Of a stretch of 64,000 nt of DNA, positions 63,071 through 64,000 are shown piece after piece. Within the stretch, counting starts at the first letter, position 1; every line of letters begins with the position of its first letter. Origin of the DNA: Octopus sinensis. Its lineage: Eukaryota. The stretch covers positions 6,820,001 to 6,884,000 of the forward strand of contig NC_043005.1 of the NCBI RefSeq assembly GCF_006345805.1. Direction: 5' to 3'. The position numbers and the translations under genes were made by a program. The notes below the pieces were generated by a model that did not search any database, was not told the DNA's origin, and saw nothing but the letters and a program-made list of their open reading frames with translations.

Positions 63071-63447
63071 GGCGTAGGTGTGGCTGTGTGATAAGTAGCT
63101 TGCTTACCAACCACATGGTTCTGGGTTCAGTCCCACTGTGTGGCACCTTGGGCAAGTGTCTTCTACCATAGCCTTGGGCCCATTAAAGCTTTGTGAGTGG
63201 ATCTGGTAGACGGAAACTGAAAGAAGCCTGTCGTATATATGTGTATATATATGTAGGTGTGTGTATATCGCTTGACAACCAATGCTGTTGTGTTTAAGTC
63301 CCCGTAACTTAGTGGTTCGGCAAAAAGAGCGATAGAATAAGTACTAGGCTTACAGAGAATAAGTCCTGGGGGTCAATTTGCTCGACTAAAGGCAGTGCTC
63401 CAGCATGGCCACAGTCAAATGACTGAAACAAGTAAAAGAGTAAAGAG
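63071..63447 (+). mobile_element. SINE family B, full length
   Basis: GGCGTAGGTGTGGCTGTGTGATAAG...GGGTTCAGTCCC...GAAACAAGTAAAAGAG. Confidence 0.93.
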
Positions 63448-63657
63448 TATATAATATATTACAAAACTTGAGAGAAAGCAGGGTATATTTCAAAATAATT
63501 ATAATTTTTTCAAAAATATGATCAAAATACGATGTAGGTGTATGTATGAAAGAATAGGCAAGTAGAAAAATAGATTAACAGTTAGACCGATAGATTGACA
63601 GACAGAAAGATGAATGGATGGACAGAGATATAATTATGCATAGTTATTATTATTATT

Positions 63658-63881
63658 AATGCAGCAAGCTGGCAGAATTGTTTGCACGTTGGGCAAAATG
63701 CTTAGTAACATTTGGTCCATCTTTACATTCTGAGTTCAAATTCTGCCAAGATTGACTTTGCCTTTCATCCTTTTGGGGTCGGCGAAATAAATACCAGTTG
63801 AGCACTGGGGTTGATATAGATTTGTCGACCTCCCCCAAATTTCAGGTCTTGTGCCTATAGTAGAAAGGGTTATTATTATTA

Positions 63882-63922
<41 letters not shown>
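63658..63922 (+). mobile_element. SINE family C followed by (ATT)n
   Basis: GCTGGCAGAATTG...GAGTTCAAATTCTGCC...GCCTTTCATCCTTTTGGGGTCG. Confidence 0.85.
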
Positions 63923-63923
<1 letters not shown>

Positions 63924-64000
63924 TATGTTTGACTTTTGCTTTATGTCTGTACAAGTTGGCTCCAAGTCTCACCCAGAGACCTCAAGAGACAACAGGTTGG

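Overview
AT-rich eukaryotic DNA saturated with microsatellites. The repeat repertoire (tRNA-derived SINEs, (GAT)n-tailed retroposons, (TACA)n/(TA)n tracts) looks like an octopod cephalopod genome; this is inference from pattern recognition. No host protein-coding gene, rRNA or true tRNA gene can be supported, and almost all ORFs in the supplied track are microsatellite or SINE read-throughs. The window reads as intronic or intergenic DNA packed with transposable elements. It holds five tRNA-headed SINE families (working names A, B, C, E, F) and a (GAT)n-tailed family D with internal minisatellites. It also holds decayed LINEs of the RTE, CR1, CR1-Zenon-like and R4/Dong (RLE) types, a probable Penelope-like RT relic, three Helitrons, mariner relics and several hAT-type MITEs, many nested. 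The most notable signals are: (i) hammerhead-ribozyme-like motifs in short (TA)n-embedded repeats, including a complete minimal type I fold with a compensatory G3-C8 core swap at 36099-36148 (minus strand); (ii) a LINE 5' fragment with an open CCCH-zinc-finger ORF1 overlapping an APE endonuclease start (58609-59395); (iii) several local inverted duplications, including a near-identical ~375 bp copy that captures three element junctions (50036-51828). All alignments and folds were done by eye; no searches or folding programs were run. Boundaries of decayed elements are approximate.
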